Below are positions 9,143-19,500 of a stretch of DNA of 64,000 nucleotides, in pieces. The stretch is from positions 186,001-250,000 of the forward strand of contig JBMNHG010000003.1 in the NCBI GenBank assembly GCA_050950285.1. The letters are read 5' to 3'. The translations under genes were made by a program, and so were the position numbers. Within the stretch, counting starts at the first letter, position 1; each line of letters begins with the position of its first letter. Origin of the DNA: Kiritimatiellia bacterium (GTDB lineage: Bacteria; Verrucomicrobiota; Kiritimatiellia; RFP12; JBMNHG01). Below the pieces are notes generated by a model. It was not told the origin of the DNA, did not search any database, and saw nothing but the letters and a program-made list of their open reading frames with translations.

Positions 9143-11647
9143 ATGGCCACCGAAAAACTCACCCCGATGATGCGCCAGTACCGGCGGATCCAGGCCGAGT
9201 TGCCGCCCGGGACGATTCTGATGTTCCGTCTTGGCGACTTCTACGAGATGTTTTTCGACGATGCCCGGGAGGTCGCACCGATCCTTGGCGTGGCGCTCAC
9301 CCGGCGGCAGGGCGTCCCCATGTGCGGCGTGCCGTACCATGCGCTCGACGGCTACCTCGCGAAGCTCGTCCGCGCCGGCCGCAAGGCCGCCATCTGCGAC
9401 CAGGTGGAAGATCCCGCCACGGCCAAAGGCATCGTGCGCCGCGAGGTCACCCGGGTGGTCACGCCGGGCACCATCACCGAGGAATCCATCCTCGACGCCG
9501 CGAGCAACAACTACCTCGCCGCGGTCCACGCCGAGCCGTCGGGGCGCCACGGCCTGGCCTTGCTCGACCTTTCGACCGGCGAGTTCATCCTCGAGGCCTG
9601 CCCCTGCGCCGGAGACCTGAGGGCCGCCCTTCTCCGCGTCCATCCGAGCGAGGTACTGGTTGCGGAATCGGCGAACGGGCCCGGCGGCGCGATGGCCGTG
9701 CTGCTGGCGGATGCCGGGATAGGGAACGTCACGGCGGTGGACGACTGGACGGCCTCCTACGACGCCGCCTACGACACGCTTGCGCGCCACTACGGCGTGC
9801 ACTCGCTGGAGGGGTTCGGGTGCGAGGGCGATGCCGCGTTGGTCTGTCCTGCGGGCGCGCTGCTGCATCATGTCGCGCAGACGCTTCGCCACACCCTTTC
9901 GCACGTTCGCGCCCCGGCGGTCCGCGATGCCGGCGACTATCTCGCGCTCGATGAATCCACCTGCGCGAACCTGGATCTTCTCCCCGTCCGCGGGCGCCCT
10001 GTCGGCGCCACGCTTCTGGGCGTGCTCGACGCCACGGAGACCCCGATGGGCGCGCGTCTTCTCCGCAACTGGATCGCGCGCCCCCTCCGGAAGGCCGATG
10101 CCATCAACCGCCGCCTCGACGCGGTGGAGTTCCTCGTGCGCCAGCGCCACGAACTCAACGCCCTGCGCGACGCCCTTGGCGGGGTGCGCGACATCGAGCG
10201 CACCATCGCGCGCCTTGGCACCGAGCGCGCCACCGCCCGCGACCTGCAGGCCCTCGCCGCTTCGTTGCGGCCTGTCCCCGGCCTGCGCGACCGCCTGGCC
10301 GCATGCGGGGAGGCCGCGCTGGCGGAGATCGCTTCCCGACTCGTGGAACAGCCCGCCTTGCTGGACCACATCGACCGTGCCATCGTCGATTCCCCGCCCG
10401 CCGGCGTGAAAGACGGCGACCTCATCCGCCCCGGCTATTCCGCCGACCTCGACGAGCTCCGTCGGCTGGCTTCCGAAGGACACCAATGGATTGCCGGATA
10501 CCAGGCGCGCGAGCAGGGGCGCACCGGCATCAAGACGCTCAAGGTGCGCCACAACCGCGTCTTCGGCTTCTACATCGAAATCTCGAAAGGGCAGGCCGCC
10601 CTTGCGCCGCCGGAGTACGAGCGCCGCCAGACCCTCGCCTCCGCCGAGCGCTTCACGACCCCCGAGCTCAAAGAATACGAGCGGAAGATCTTCGGCGCGC
10701 AGGACAGGGCCGTCGCCCTCGAGTACGACCTCTTCTGCCGCCTGCGCGACGAAGCCGCGGCCCTCACCGCCCCCATCCAGGCCACGGCGGACGCGCTCGC
10801 CCGCCTCGACGTGCTGGCTTCGCTCGCGGACCGGGCGCTCGCCCTCGGCTACGTCCGGCCGGAGGTGTTCGACGGCGACACGCTGGAGATCGTCGAAGGG
10901 CGCCATCCGATCGTCGAGCAGCTGCCCGGAGCCGAACGCTTTGTGCCGAACGACACCCGCCTCGACCCCCGCGCCGGCCAGATCGCCATCATCACCGGGC
11001 CCAACATGGCCGGGAAATCCACCTACATCCGACAGGTCGCGCTGATCGTGATCCTGGCGCAGCTTGGGTCGTTCGTGCCCGTCCGGCGCGCCCGCATCGG
11101 CGTCGTGGATCGCGTCTTCACGCGCGTCGGCGCCGGGGACGACATCGCGCGCGGCCGGTCCACGTTCCTCGTGGAGATGCAGGAGACCGCCAACATCCTG
11201 AACAACGCCACCCCGCGCTCGCTCATCGTGCTGGACGAGATCGGCCGCGGAACCTCCACCTTCGACGGCATCTCCATCGCCTGGGCCGTGGCCGAATACC
11301 TCCACAACAACCCGCGCGTGAAGGCCAAGACCCTCTTCGCCACCCACTACCACGAACTCACCGACCTCGCGCTCACCCTCCCGGGCGTCCGCAACTACAC
11401 CGTGACCGTCCGCGAAAGCGGCGACCAAATCGCCTTCCTCCGCCGCATCCAGCCCGGAACGGCGGACAAGTCGTACGGCATCCATGTGGCGCGCCTTGCC
11501 GGCCTTCCCGCGGAGGTGGTCGCCCGCGCCCGCGAAATCCTCGGCAACCTGGAGGAAGGCGAGCTCGACGAGGGCCTGCCCGCGCTCGCGAAGCGATCCC
11601 GCCGCCGCGACCACGGCGATCCCTCCGGCCAACTCACCCTCTTCTGA
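9143..11647 (+). CDS. mutS: DNA mismatch repair protein MutS
   Basis: LTPMMRQY, FRLGDFYEMF, MCGVPYH, ITGPNMAGKST, LDEIGRGTST, FATHYHEL, SYGIHVA. Confidence 0.97.
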   Translation: MATEKLTPMMRQYRRIQAELPPGTILMFRLGDFYEMFFDDAREVAPILGVALTRRQGVPMCGVPYHALDGYLAKLVRAGRKAAICDQVEDPATAKGIVRREVTRVVTPGTITEESILDAASNNYLAAVHAEPSGRHGLALLDLSTGEFILEACPCAGDLRAALLRVHPSEVLVAESANGPGGAMAVLLADAGIGNVTAVDDWTASYDAAYDTLARHYGVHSLEGFGCEGDAALVCPAGALLHHVAQTLRHTLSHVRAPAVRDAGDYLALDESTCANLDLLPVRGRPVGATLLGVLDATETPMGARLLRNWIARPLRKADAINRRLDAVEFLVRQRHELNALRDALGGVRDIERTIARLGTERATARDLQALAASLRPVPGLRDRLAACGEAALAEIASRLVEQPALLDHIDRAIVDSPPAGVKDGDLIRPGYSADLDELRRLASEGHQWIAGYQAREQGRTGIKTLKVRHNRVFGFYIEISKGQAALAPPEYERRQTLASAERFTTPELKEYERKIFGAQDRAVALEYDLFCRLRDEAAALTAPIQATADALARLDVLASLADRALALGYVRPEVFDGDTLEIVEGRHPIVEQLPGAERFVPNDTRLDPRAGQIAIITGPNMAGKSTYIRQVALIVILAQLGSFVPVRRARIGVVDRVFTRVGAGDDIARGRSTFLVEMQETANILNNATPRSLIVLDEIGRGTSTFDGISIAWAVAEYLHNNPRVKAKTLFATHYHELTDLALTLPGVRNYTVTVRESGDQIAFLRRIQPGTADKSYGIHVARLAGLPAEVVARAREILGNLEEGELDEGLPALAKRSRRRDHGDPSGQLTLF

Positions 11648-11668
11648 ACGGCGGGAGCACGCCGCCCC

Positions 11669-13801
11669 ATGCCTTCCACCCCCTCCACCCGCCCCCCGTC
11701 CCCCGCGAGCGACCCCCCCCGCGCGCGCTTCGAGGTGGTGTCGGACTACACCCCCACCGGCGACCAGCCCGAGGCCATCTCCCGCCTCGCGAAGGGGCTC
11801 GAGGAGGGCAGGCGGCGCCTCGTGCTGGAGGGCGTGACCGGCTCCGGAAAGACCTTCACCGCCGCGAACATCATCGCCGCCTACGGCCGTCCCACGCTGG
11901 TCATCTCCCACAACAAGACCCTTGCCGCCCAGCTCTACTCGGAACTCAAGGCCTTCCTGCCCCACAACGCCGTCGGCTATTTCATCAGCTACTACGACTA
12001 CTACCAGCCCGAGGCGTACATCCCGCAGACCGACACCTACATCGAGAAAGACGCCGCGATCAACGAGGAGATCGAGCGCCGCCGCCTCGAAGCCACCAAC
12101 ATGCTCCTCGGCCGGCGCGACGTCGTCATCGTCGCCTCCGTCTCCTGCATCTACGGCCTCGGATCGCCCGAAGACTACCGCGACATGCTCGTGGAACTCC
12201 GCGAGGGGAGCACGTTCGAGCGCGACGACCTCCTCGCGCGCCTTGTGTCCATCCAATACGAGCGCAACGACTACGCCCCTTCGCCCGGCAATTTCCGCGT
12301 CCGCGGCGACATCGTGGACATCTTCCCGTCGTACAGCGAGCAGGGGTTGCGCATCGAGTTCTTCGGCGACGAAATCGATGCCGTGCGCGAGCTGGACCCC
12401 GTCACCGGGCGCGCCGGCGAGTCGATCGGCCATGCCTTCGTCTCCCCCGCCAAACACTTCGTGATGCCCCGGGAAAAGATGCGGCCCGCCGTGGACCGGA
12501 TCCGCGACGAGCTCCGGGAGTGCGTCGCCCGCTTCGAGCAGGACGGCCGGCTCCTCGAGGCCCAGCGCCTCCAGCAACGCACGGAGTTCGACCTGGAGAT
12601 GCTTCGCGAACTCGGCTATTGCAACGGGATCGAGAACTACTCGCGCCACCTGAGCGGCCGCGGGGAAGGCCAGCCGCCCGCCTGCCTGCTCGACTACTTC
12701 CCCGACGATTTCCTCACCATCGTCGACGAATCGCACGTGACCCTCCCCCAAATCCGCGGGATGTTCAACGGCGACCAGGCCCGCAAGCGTACCCTCGTCG
12801 AACACGGCTTCCGCCTCCCTTCGGCGTTGGACAACCGCCCCCTGAGCTTCCACGAGTTCATCCGCCGCATCGGGCCCATGCTCTGCCTTTCCGCCACGCC
12901 CGGCGCCTACGAGCGCGCCGAGGCCGATTGCGTGGCCGAGCAGGTCGTCCGTCCCACCGGCCTGCTCGATCCGCCCGTGGAGATGCGCCCCCTCCAGAAC
13001 CAGATCGACGACCTCATCGAAGAGGTGCGCCGCACCGCCGAACAGGGCGACCGCACGCTGGTCACCACCCTCACCAAACGGACCGCCGAGGATCTTTCGG
13101 GCTACCTCCGCGAAACCGGCCTCCGCGTGGAGTACCTGCATTCGGACATCGACGCCCTGGAGCGCGTCCGCATCCTCGCCCGGCTCCGCGAAGGGAAGTT
13201 CGACTGCCTCGTCGGCATCAACCTCCTCCGCGAAGGGCTCGACCTCCCCGAAGTCGCCCTCGTGGCCGTGCTGGACGCGGACAAAGAGGGCTTCCTCCGC
13301 TCCGGGACCTCGCTCATCCAGACGGCGGGCCGCGCGGCGCGCCACGAGCGGGGCCGCGTGATCCTCTACGCCGACGTGCGCACCGCCGCCATCGACGACC
13401 TGATCCGCACCACCGAGTCGCGCCGCGCGCGCCAGCGGCGCTACAACGAAGAGCATGGCATCGTCCCGCACGGCGTGACCAAGCCCGCCGCCTCCTCCCT
13501 GGGCCATTTCGCGCCCGGCGGGGAGGACGAAGCCTCCGCCATCGCCCGCCGTGCCGTGGCGGAATCCCCCGCGGAATACGACGTGCGCCTCGTGGAGGAG
13601 CAGCTCGAACAGGAGATGATGGAAGCCGCCGCCGCCCTGGAATTCGAACGGGCCGCCGCCTTGCGCGACGAACTCCGGGAATTGCGGTCCCTCCTGGCGG
13701 AGCCCGCCTCCGGCGGCGCCCCCCCTCCCAAGAGCCGGAAACGTCCCGCCCGAAGCTCCAAAGGGAAACCCCGGAAGCCCGGCAAAGCCCGCGGAAAATA
13801 G
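11669..13801 (+). CDS. uvrB: Excinuclease ABC subunit B
   Basis: PTGDQP, GVTGSGKT, SYYDYYQPEAY, DESH, GFRLPSALDNRPL, GINLLREGLDLPEV, C-terminal LEFERAAALRD. Confidence 0.97.
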   Translation: MPSTPSTRPPSPASDPPRARFEVVSDYTPTGDQPEAISRLAKGLEEGRRRLVLEGVTGSGKTFTAANIIAAYGRPTLVISHNKTLAAQLYSELKAFLPHNAVGYFISYYDYYQPEAYIPQTDTYIEKDAAINEEIERRRLEATNMLLGRRDVVIVASVSCIYGLGSPEDYRDMLVELREGSTFERDDLLARLVSIQYERNDYAPSPGNFRVRGDIVDIFPSYSEQGLRIEFFGDEIDAVRELDPVTGRAGESIGHAFVSPAKHFVMPREKMRPAVDRIRDELRECVARFEQDGRLLEAQRLQQRTEFDLEMLRELGYCNGIENYSRHLSGRGEGQPPACLLDYFPDDFLTIVDESHVTLPQIRGMFNGDQARKRTLVEHGFRLPSALDNRPLSFHEFIRRIGPMLCLSATPGAYERAEADCVAEQVVRPTGLLDPPVEMRPLQNQIDDLIEEVRRTAEQGDRTLVTTLTKRTAEDLSGYLRETGLRVEYLHSDIDALERVRILARLREGKFDCLVGINLLREGLDLPEVALVAVLDADKEGFLRSGTSLIQTAGRAARHERGRVILYADVRTAAIDDLIRTTESRRARQRRYNEEHGIVPHGVTKPAASSLGHFAPGGEDEASAIARRAVAESPAEYDVRLVEEQLEQEMMEAAAALEFERAAALRDELRELRSLLAEPASGGAPPPKSRKRPARSSKGKPRKPGKARGK

Positions 13802-13990
13802 GCCCGGACCCTGCCGCCGGACGAGGCGCGGGCATGGCCCCCTTCCCCGTCCCAACCGGCGCTCCCGGCCCGTTTTTGGTGGTGGGATGGCATGGCCTTT
13901 GCTACTCTGGCCAAAACCTCTTTTCCGCCGCCGCCCGGGGCCAAGGGCACCGGGATGGACTGGTTTTCCCCTCCTCGAGGACGTTCCCGC

Positions 13991-16555
13991 ATGTCGTCGA
14001 ACCCGAAACCGCGATACGAGCCCGGACTGACGCTGAAGGGCACCCTGGCCTGCATCCTGGGCCTTCTGATCTCCGCCATCCTCACCCAGTACTGGGACGT
14101 GGTGCTGGGCGTCCCCTTCGCCTCGGAGCACACCATCGCGCTCCCGGCGGTGTGGGCGATGCTGGCCATTGGCCTGGTGGGGGTGCTGGGGAGAATCTGT
14201 TTCCGGACGAAGATCTTCACCCGCTCCGAACTGCTGTGCGCCGCCTTCGTGATGATGATGGCGGTGCCGCTGATGACGCAGGGGTTCTGGCACCGCATCA
14301 TCAGCGTGATCGCGACGAACCCGCGGATGGCGGACTTCGCGAAGCTCGACGTCACCAACGACGCCCTCTGGCCCCATGGCAGGAATCTCGTGAAGGGGGT
14401 GTGGCTGGTCGACGACGCCGATGCCGCGGCGAAGCTTTCGACGAGCGGCACGGTGTCCTGGGCCGAGACGGACGTGGAAGAAGGCGCGACCGCCCGCTGC
14501 CCCGTGCTGGAGAACACGCAGGACGGCGAGATTTCCAGCGTCCGCCTGCGCCTTCCCGTGTGCGACCGGCCGACGGACGGGCAGGTGCTGCCGGGCGAGC
14601 CCTACCTCGTGAGCGTGAAGGCGCGCGCCACCCGGCTGGGCGGCCACAGTTCCTACTACTGCCGCGCGTGGAGCGACGACGAGGCCTACACGGAGATCTT
14701 CACCACGTCGCAGGGCTGCTCCACCACCTGCGTGAACCGCACCGGCTTCGTGCGCGTCGGCACCTACGGCGCGAAGTTCGAAACCGCCGATCGCGGCTTC
14801 ATCGAACTCGAGTTCGGCCTCTCGGGCCCCGGGCGCCTCGAACTGCACGACCCCGTGCTGATGAGCGTGAACACCCTCGAAACCATCTACCGGGGCCGGC
14901 GCATCGTGACCCGGGCGGAGTACGACGCCGCGCCCGTCGAGTCGCGCGCCGGACTGATCGTGCGCCCCGACAGCCTGTGGAGCCCGAAGGGCGTGGCCTT
15001 CCTGCTGGGAGGCTACATCCCGTGGAAAGACTGGGCCACGCCGATGACGGTCTGGACCGTCTTGATCGTGCTGATCCTGGCGGCGGCCTTCGCGGTGAAC
15101 GTGATCATGCGCCGGCAATGGATGGACAACGAGCGCTTCCAGCTGCCGGTGGCGCGCATCCCCGTGGCGTTGATCGACGACAGGCCGGAAGAGGGTTCCA
15201 TCTGGAAGAACCGCCTGATGTGGATCGGCTTCGCCGCGGTGCTTGCCTGGGATCTGCTGAAGGCGTGGGCGGCGGTCAATCCCAAGGTGCCGAACCTGGC
15301 CATCAGCGTGCGCTTCGACGAATACTTCACCGATCCCGCCATGCAGGCCTTCTTCTCCCGCGTCCGTTTCCAGGTGGACGGCATCTTCCTGGCGATGTGC
15401 CTTTTCATGGAGCTGAACGTGCTGCTGAGCCTCGTGGTGGGCTACTTCGCGTTCTACCGGAGCCAGGCGTGGATCGGCGAAGTGGCGGGATGGAGCTCCA
15501 ATCCCAGCTATCCCTGGGCCGACTACCAGGCGATGGGCGCCTTCCTGGGCTACGGCCTGGTGGTGATCTTCTTCGCCCGCAAATACCTGTGGCGGGTGAT
15601 CAAGGCGGCCTGGAAGGGCGACCGGAAGGCCTCCGAGGGCGAATCGCTATCCTATCGCGGCGCGCTGTTGTTGTTCCTCTTCTCCTTCGCGGGGGCGATG
15701 GCGTGGGCCCGCTGGATGGGCATGCAGATGGGGAGCGTGGCCATCTTCTTCGGACTGATGGCGCTTTGCTCGCTGGTGAGTTCGCGCATCCGCACGGAAT
15801 GCGGCACGCCGTGGGGCTACTTCACGCCCGGCAACATGACGCCCCTGCTGCTGTTGCTGGGAGGGATCTCGGTGTTCGGCGCGCAATCGATGCTCTTCTT
15901 CTTCACGATCAGCTTCCTGGTGGCGCCGACGGTCTTCTTCCTGATCCCCGGCGCCCAGATGGAGCTGCTGGAGTACGGCCGCCGCTGGCGCGTGCGCCCG
16001 TCCCACCTCTGGATGGCGGCGCTGCTGGGCGCGGTGGGCGGCATGGTGGTGGGCGGCTGGGTGTTCCTCTCCAACGCCTACGCGCTGGGCGGCGAGACGC
16101 TCCGCTACGCATGGGCCTTCGACTCGAAGTGGTGGTACTTCTTCCCCTACAACCAGGACATGAACGCGGCCACGCTGGACATGCTCGGCACCGGGGCGCC
16201 CAAGCCCGAGGGCCTCGATCCCGCGTGGATCGCCTTCGGCGCGGCCGGGCTGGTCTCCATCGTCCTGGCGACGCTTCGCCAGCTGTTCGCGGGCTTCTCC
16301 TTCCACCCCGTGGGCTACGTGCTCTCCTATTCCGGCTTCATCTCCTACATCTGGGGCAGCGCCCTCGTGGCGTGGGTGGTCCGCGCCCTCGTGCTCTGGA
16401 TGGGCGGCGCCGCCGCCGTCCGCAACAAGCTCCGCCCCATCGCCGTGGGCATCTTCCTCGGCGAGGCCGTGGCCTACCTGCTGCTGGGCTTCCACACCAT
16501 CTACATGAAGAGTATCGGAGTGGATACCGTCTACGGAATCCTGACACCGCCATGA
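13991..16555 (+). CDS. Polytopic membrane protein, DUF6785/DUF6784-like putative transporter with an inserted soluble domain
   Basis: Many TM segments; IPWKDWATP...IMRRQWMDNERFQLP and C-terminal FHPVGY...GIFLGE motifs; about 200-aa hydrophilic insert. Confidence 0.7.
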   Translation: MSSNPKPRYEPGLTLKGTLACILGLLISAILTQYWDVVLGVPFASEHTIALPAVWAMLAIGLVGVLGRICFRTKIFTRSELLCAAFVMMMAVPLMTQGFWHRIISVIATNPRMADFAKLDVTNDALWPHGRNLVKGVWLVDDADAAAKLSTSGTVSWAETDVEEGATARCPVLENTQDGEISSVRLRLPVCDRPTDGQVLPGEPYLVSVKARATRLGGHSSYYCRAWSDDEAYTEIFTTSQGCSTTCVNRTGFVRVGTYGAKFETADRGFIELEFGLSGPGRLELHDPVLMSVNTLETIYRGRRIVTRAEYDAAPVESRAGLIVRPDSLWSPKGVAFLLGGYIPWKDWATPMTVWTVLIVLILAAAFAVNVIMRRQWMDNERFQLPVARIPVALIDDRPEEGSIWKNRLMWIGFAAVLAWDLLKAWAAVNPKVPNLAISVRFDEYFTDPAMQAFFSRVRFQVDGIFLAMCLFMELNVLLSLVVGYFAFYRSQAWIGEVAGWSSNPSYPWADYQAMGAFLGYGLVVIFFARKYLWRVIKAAWKGDRKASEGESLSYRGALLLFLFSFAGAMAWARWMGMQMGSVAIFFGLMALCSLVSSRIRTECGTPWGYFTPGNMTPLLLLLGGISVFGAQSMLFFFTISFLVAPTVFFLIPGAQMELLEYGRRWRVRPSHLWMAALLGAVGGMVVGGWVFLSNAYALGGETLRYAWAFDSKWWYFFPYNQDMNAATLDMLGTGAPKPEGLDPAWIAFGAAGLVSIVLATLRQLFAGFSFHPVGYVLSYSGFISYIWGSALVAWVVRALVLWMGGAAAVRNKLRPIAVGIFLGEAVAYLLLGFHTIYMKSIGVDTVYGILTPP

Positions 16556-19500
16556 GTACCGCAAGCCCCCCCTCCCGCTGGCGCCATGCGGGCATCGCAG
16601 CCCTGCTGCTGGTCCTGATCGCCGCCACCGGCATCGCCTTCCTGCGCTTCTTCGCCCCGCACCCGCCGCCCGAGCAGGTCCGCCCCTTCGAGGGATACGA
16701 CCGCGCCGCGATGGACGCCGCCATGGCCACGGACGCCGTGGCCCGCGTGCAGGCCGACATCCTCGCCTTCGGATCGCGCCTGCCCGGACAGCCCGGCCAG
16801 CAGGCCACCGAGGAGTACCTCCGCGCCGCCCTCCGGGAACTCGGGGCCGAACTCATCGAGTACCCGGTGTCCATGCCGGTGCCTCGGACCGACCTCTGCC
16901 GCATCGTGGACGCCTCGGGCGCCGACCTGGCGGACGTCGAAATCCACCCCTTCCTGCCGAACCACTTCCAGCCGATGAACACGCCGGAGGAAGGCCTCGC
17001 CGGCACCCTCGTGCGCGTCACGGACGACGTGCTCCTCGAACGCGACCGCTTCGACGACTGCATCGCCGTGGTGGACGAAGACGACGCCCCCGCCTCCTAC
17101 GCGGTGAACTGGAACCGCTACGCGCAGCTCGGCTTCCGGGCGCTCATCGTCACGGACACGAACTCGTGGGATTCCCTCGAGTCTTCCGTGCACGCCAGCA
17201 TCCCCGTCAACTACGTGCGGCTCGCCGCGTCGCCCGGCATCCTCGCCCACGACGGCGAACGGGTGGCGCTCCACGTCCGCACGCGCTGGGTGGACGCCGC
17301 CACCACCACCCTCGTGGCGCGGATCCGCGCCCCCGAAGCCACGGCGGACGGCGCCCGCGAGGCGTTGGCCATCGCCTGCTGCACCGACGCCTGCGGCATC
17401 GTGCCGGACCGCGCGTTCGGCGCCCTGGGGGCCTCGTCCGTGGCCGAGGCCCTGCAGACCTTCCGCGGCCTCGTCGCCAACCGCGCGACCCTCCGCCGCG
17501 ACCTCTACTTCTTCGCCTACGCCTCGCAGTTCATGGCGCAGGCCGGGGCCGACCGCCTGTCGTCGGTTCTCGGCCCGGCCTACGAACATGGCGAGACCCG
17601 CCGCGCCCACCTCGAGGCCTCCATCCGGGAGAATGCCGCCGCCCTCGACTCCGTCCGCAAGGCCGCCGCCGCCTTCGATGCCGCCCCCGGCGCCCTCGTG
17701 GACCCCGCCGCCACGCGCGCCCTGGTGAACGGCATGGATCCCGATACCCGCGAGTTCTTCGCCGGGCAACTCGCCTACACGCTGAACACGCTGGTGATGG
17801 AACTCTCGGAGGTGTCGCTCGACGCGCGCATCGACTTCCTCCGCACCGGCGAGGACGACTCCGATCCCGCCTTCGAGATCTATCGCAAGGCCAAGGAGCG
17901 CTACGACGGGGCGATGAAAGTGGCCGGCTACCCCGCCGTGAAGCTCGCGGACACCCGCGCCGCCTTCGTCGAGGAGCACAATGTTCCCGCGCGCCTCGCC
18001 GCCCGCCTGGCCGAGTTGCAGGCCTACCACGCCTCCCGCGCCTCCGAACTCGAGGCCTGCCTCCGCATCAACCGCGACGTCGCCGGATACGGGCGCCTCG
18101 TCGTGCTCTCCCCCATGCTGACGCCCGCCGACCCCCGCCAGGCCGCCTCCGGCGAAAGCGTCGGCTTCACGATGGGCTACGACATCGAGAGCATGCGGGA
18201 GCTCCAGGGGCCCGCCTTCGCCGGCCTCGCCACCTTCGTCCGCCAACGGCTCGCCTCCGAGTTCCGCCATGGCGAAGCGGGCGCCCTCGACGATTCCGCG
18301 CTCACCCTCGACCCCTATCGCCGCCGCGGCCACAACAACGCCGTGTACAGCCTCGCGGGCTCCCTCACCCAGAGCGTCTTCCACTTCAACTCCCACGGCT
18401 ACCCTTCCGCCACCCTGGTGAACACCGACCGCCGCCACGCCTACGCCCTCGCCGGCACGCCCGCCGTGCGGGAGTGGATGACGGACTTCCGCGGCATCGC
18501 CGGCTCCCTCCGCTTCCTCGGGCGTTTCGCGCTCTCCCTCGCCCACGGCGACGGACGCTTCGAGCCGCCGGCCAAGCCCACCAACGTGGGAACCGTCGGC
18601 GGGCGCGTCTACGTCGCGAACATCGGCCAGTCCATCGTGCCGAACTACCCGCTTGCCGGCGCGCTCTTCGGCCACAAGGGCACCTCCACCAGCTACGCCT
18701 ACCCCGGCTACTACCCCAACGCCTTCCAGTTCACCGACGTCTACGGACGCTACGCCTTCCCCTTCACCACCGCAAGCATCCGCCCCGGCGAGCTGGGCGG
18801 CGGCTATTCGCCCGAGGCCTGCTGCCACGGCCGCGACGGCATCATCGCCTACATCAAGGACGAAGGCGCCACCGGGCAGTCGGTCTACCGCTCCATGAAC
18901 CTCGGCTGGGACAAGTCGCGCGGCAACGTGAACATCGTGGTCTTCCGCGCTACGCCCGTGGCGATCCTGGACACGGTGAACCCGCAGAACCTCAAGGCCT
19001 TCACCGGCTTCGGGCTCCTCACCCGGGAGGGCCTCGCCCCCGTCGCCAAGCAGAACCTCTTCGCCGGCGTGAACGACACCGTCTGCGCCTTCCTCGAGCC
19101 CGACCGCCGCTTCTACCTCACCCTCAAGGCCGGCTCGGCGGACAACGAACTCGTGCAGACCACCCGCGCCTTCGCGCTGGGCCTCCCGCCCGCCGACCTG
19201 AAGCTCGACCTCGACGCGGAATACGAATCCGAGATCGAGGGCGAGGGCTATCTCGCCGCCGACGTCCCCTTCCTCTACGAGATGCCCGCGCAAATCGCCC
19301 ACGCGATGCTCACCGTGAACGGCCGCCGGCTCGATCTCCAGAAGCGCCACGGCATGGCGGACGAACGCGAACTGCAGTTCCACGACCAAGGCGTGAAGCT
19401 CCTGGAGGAGGCGCCCCGGAACACCACCTTCCAGGCCGTCGCCAACCAGGAGCGCGAGGCCGCCACCTACGCCATCCTCAACCATCCCGTCCTCCGCGAA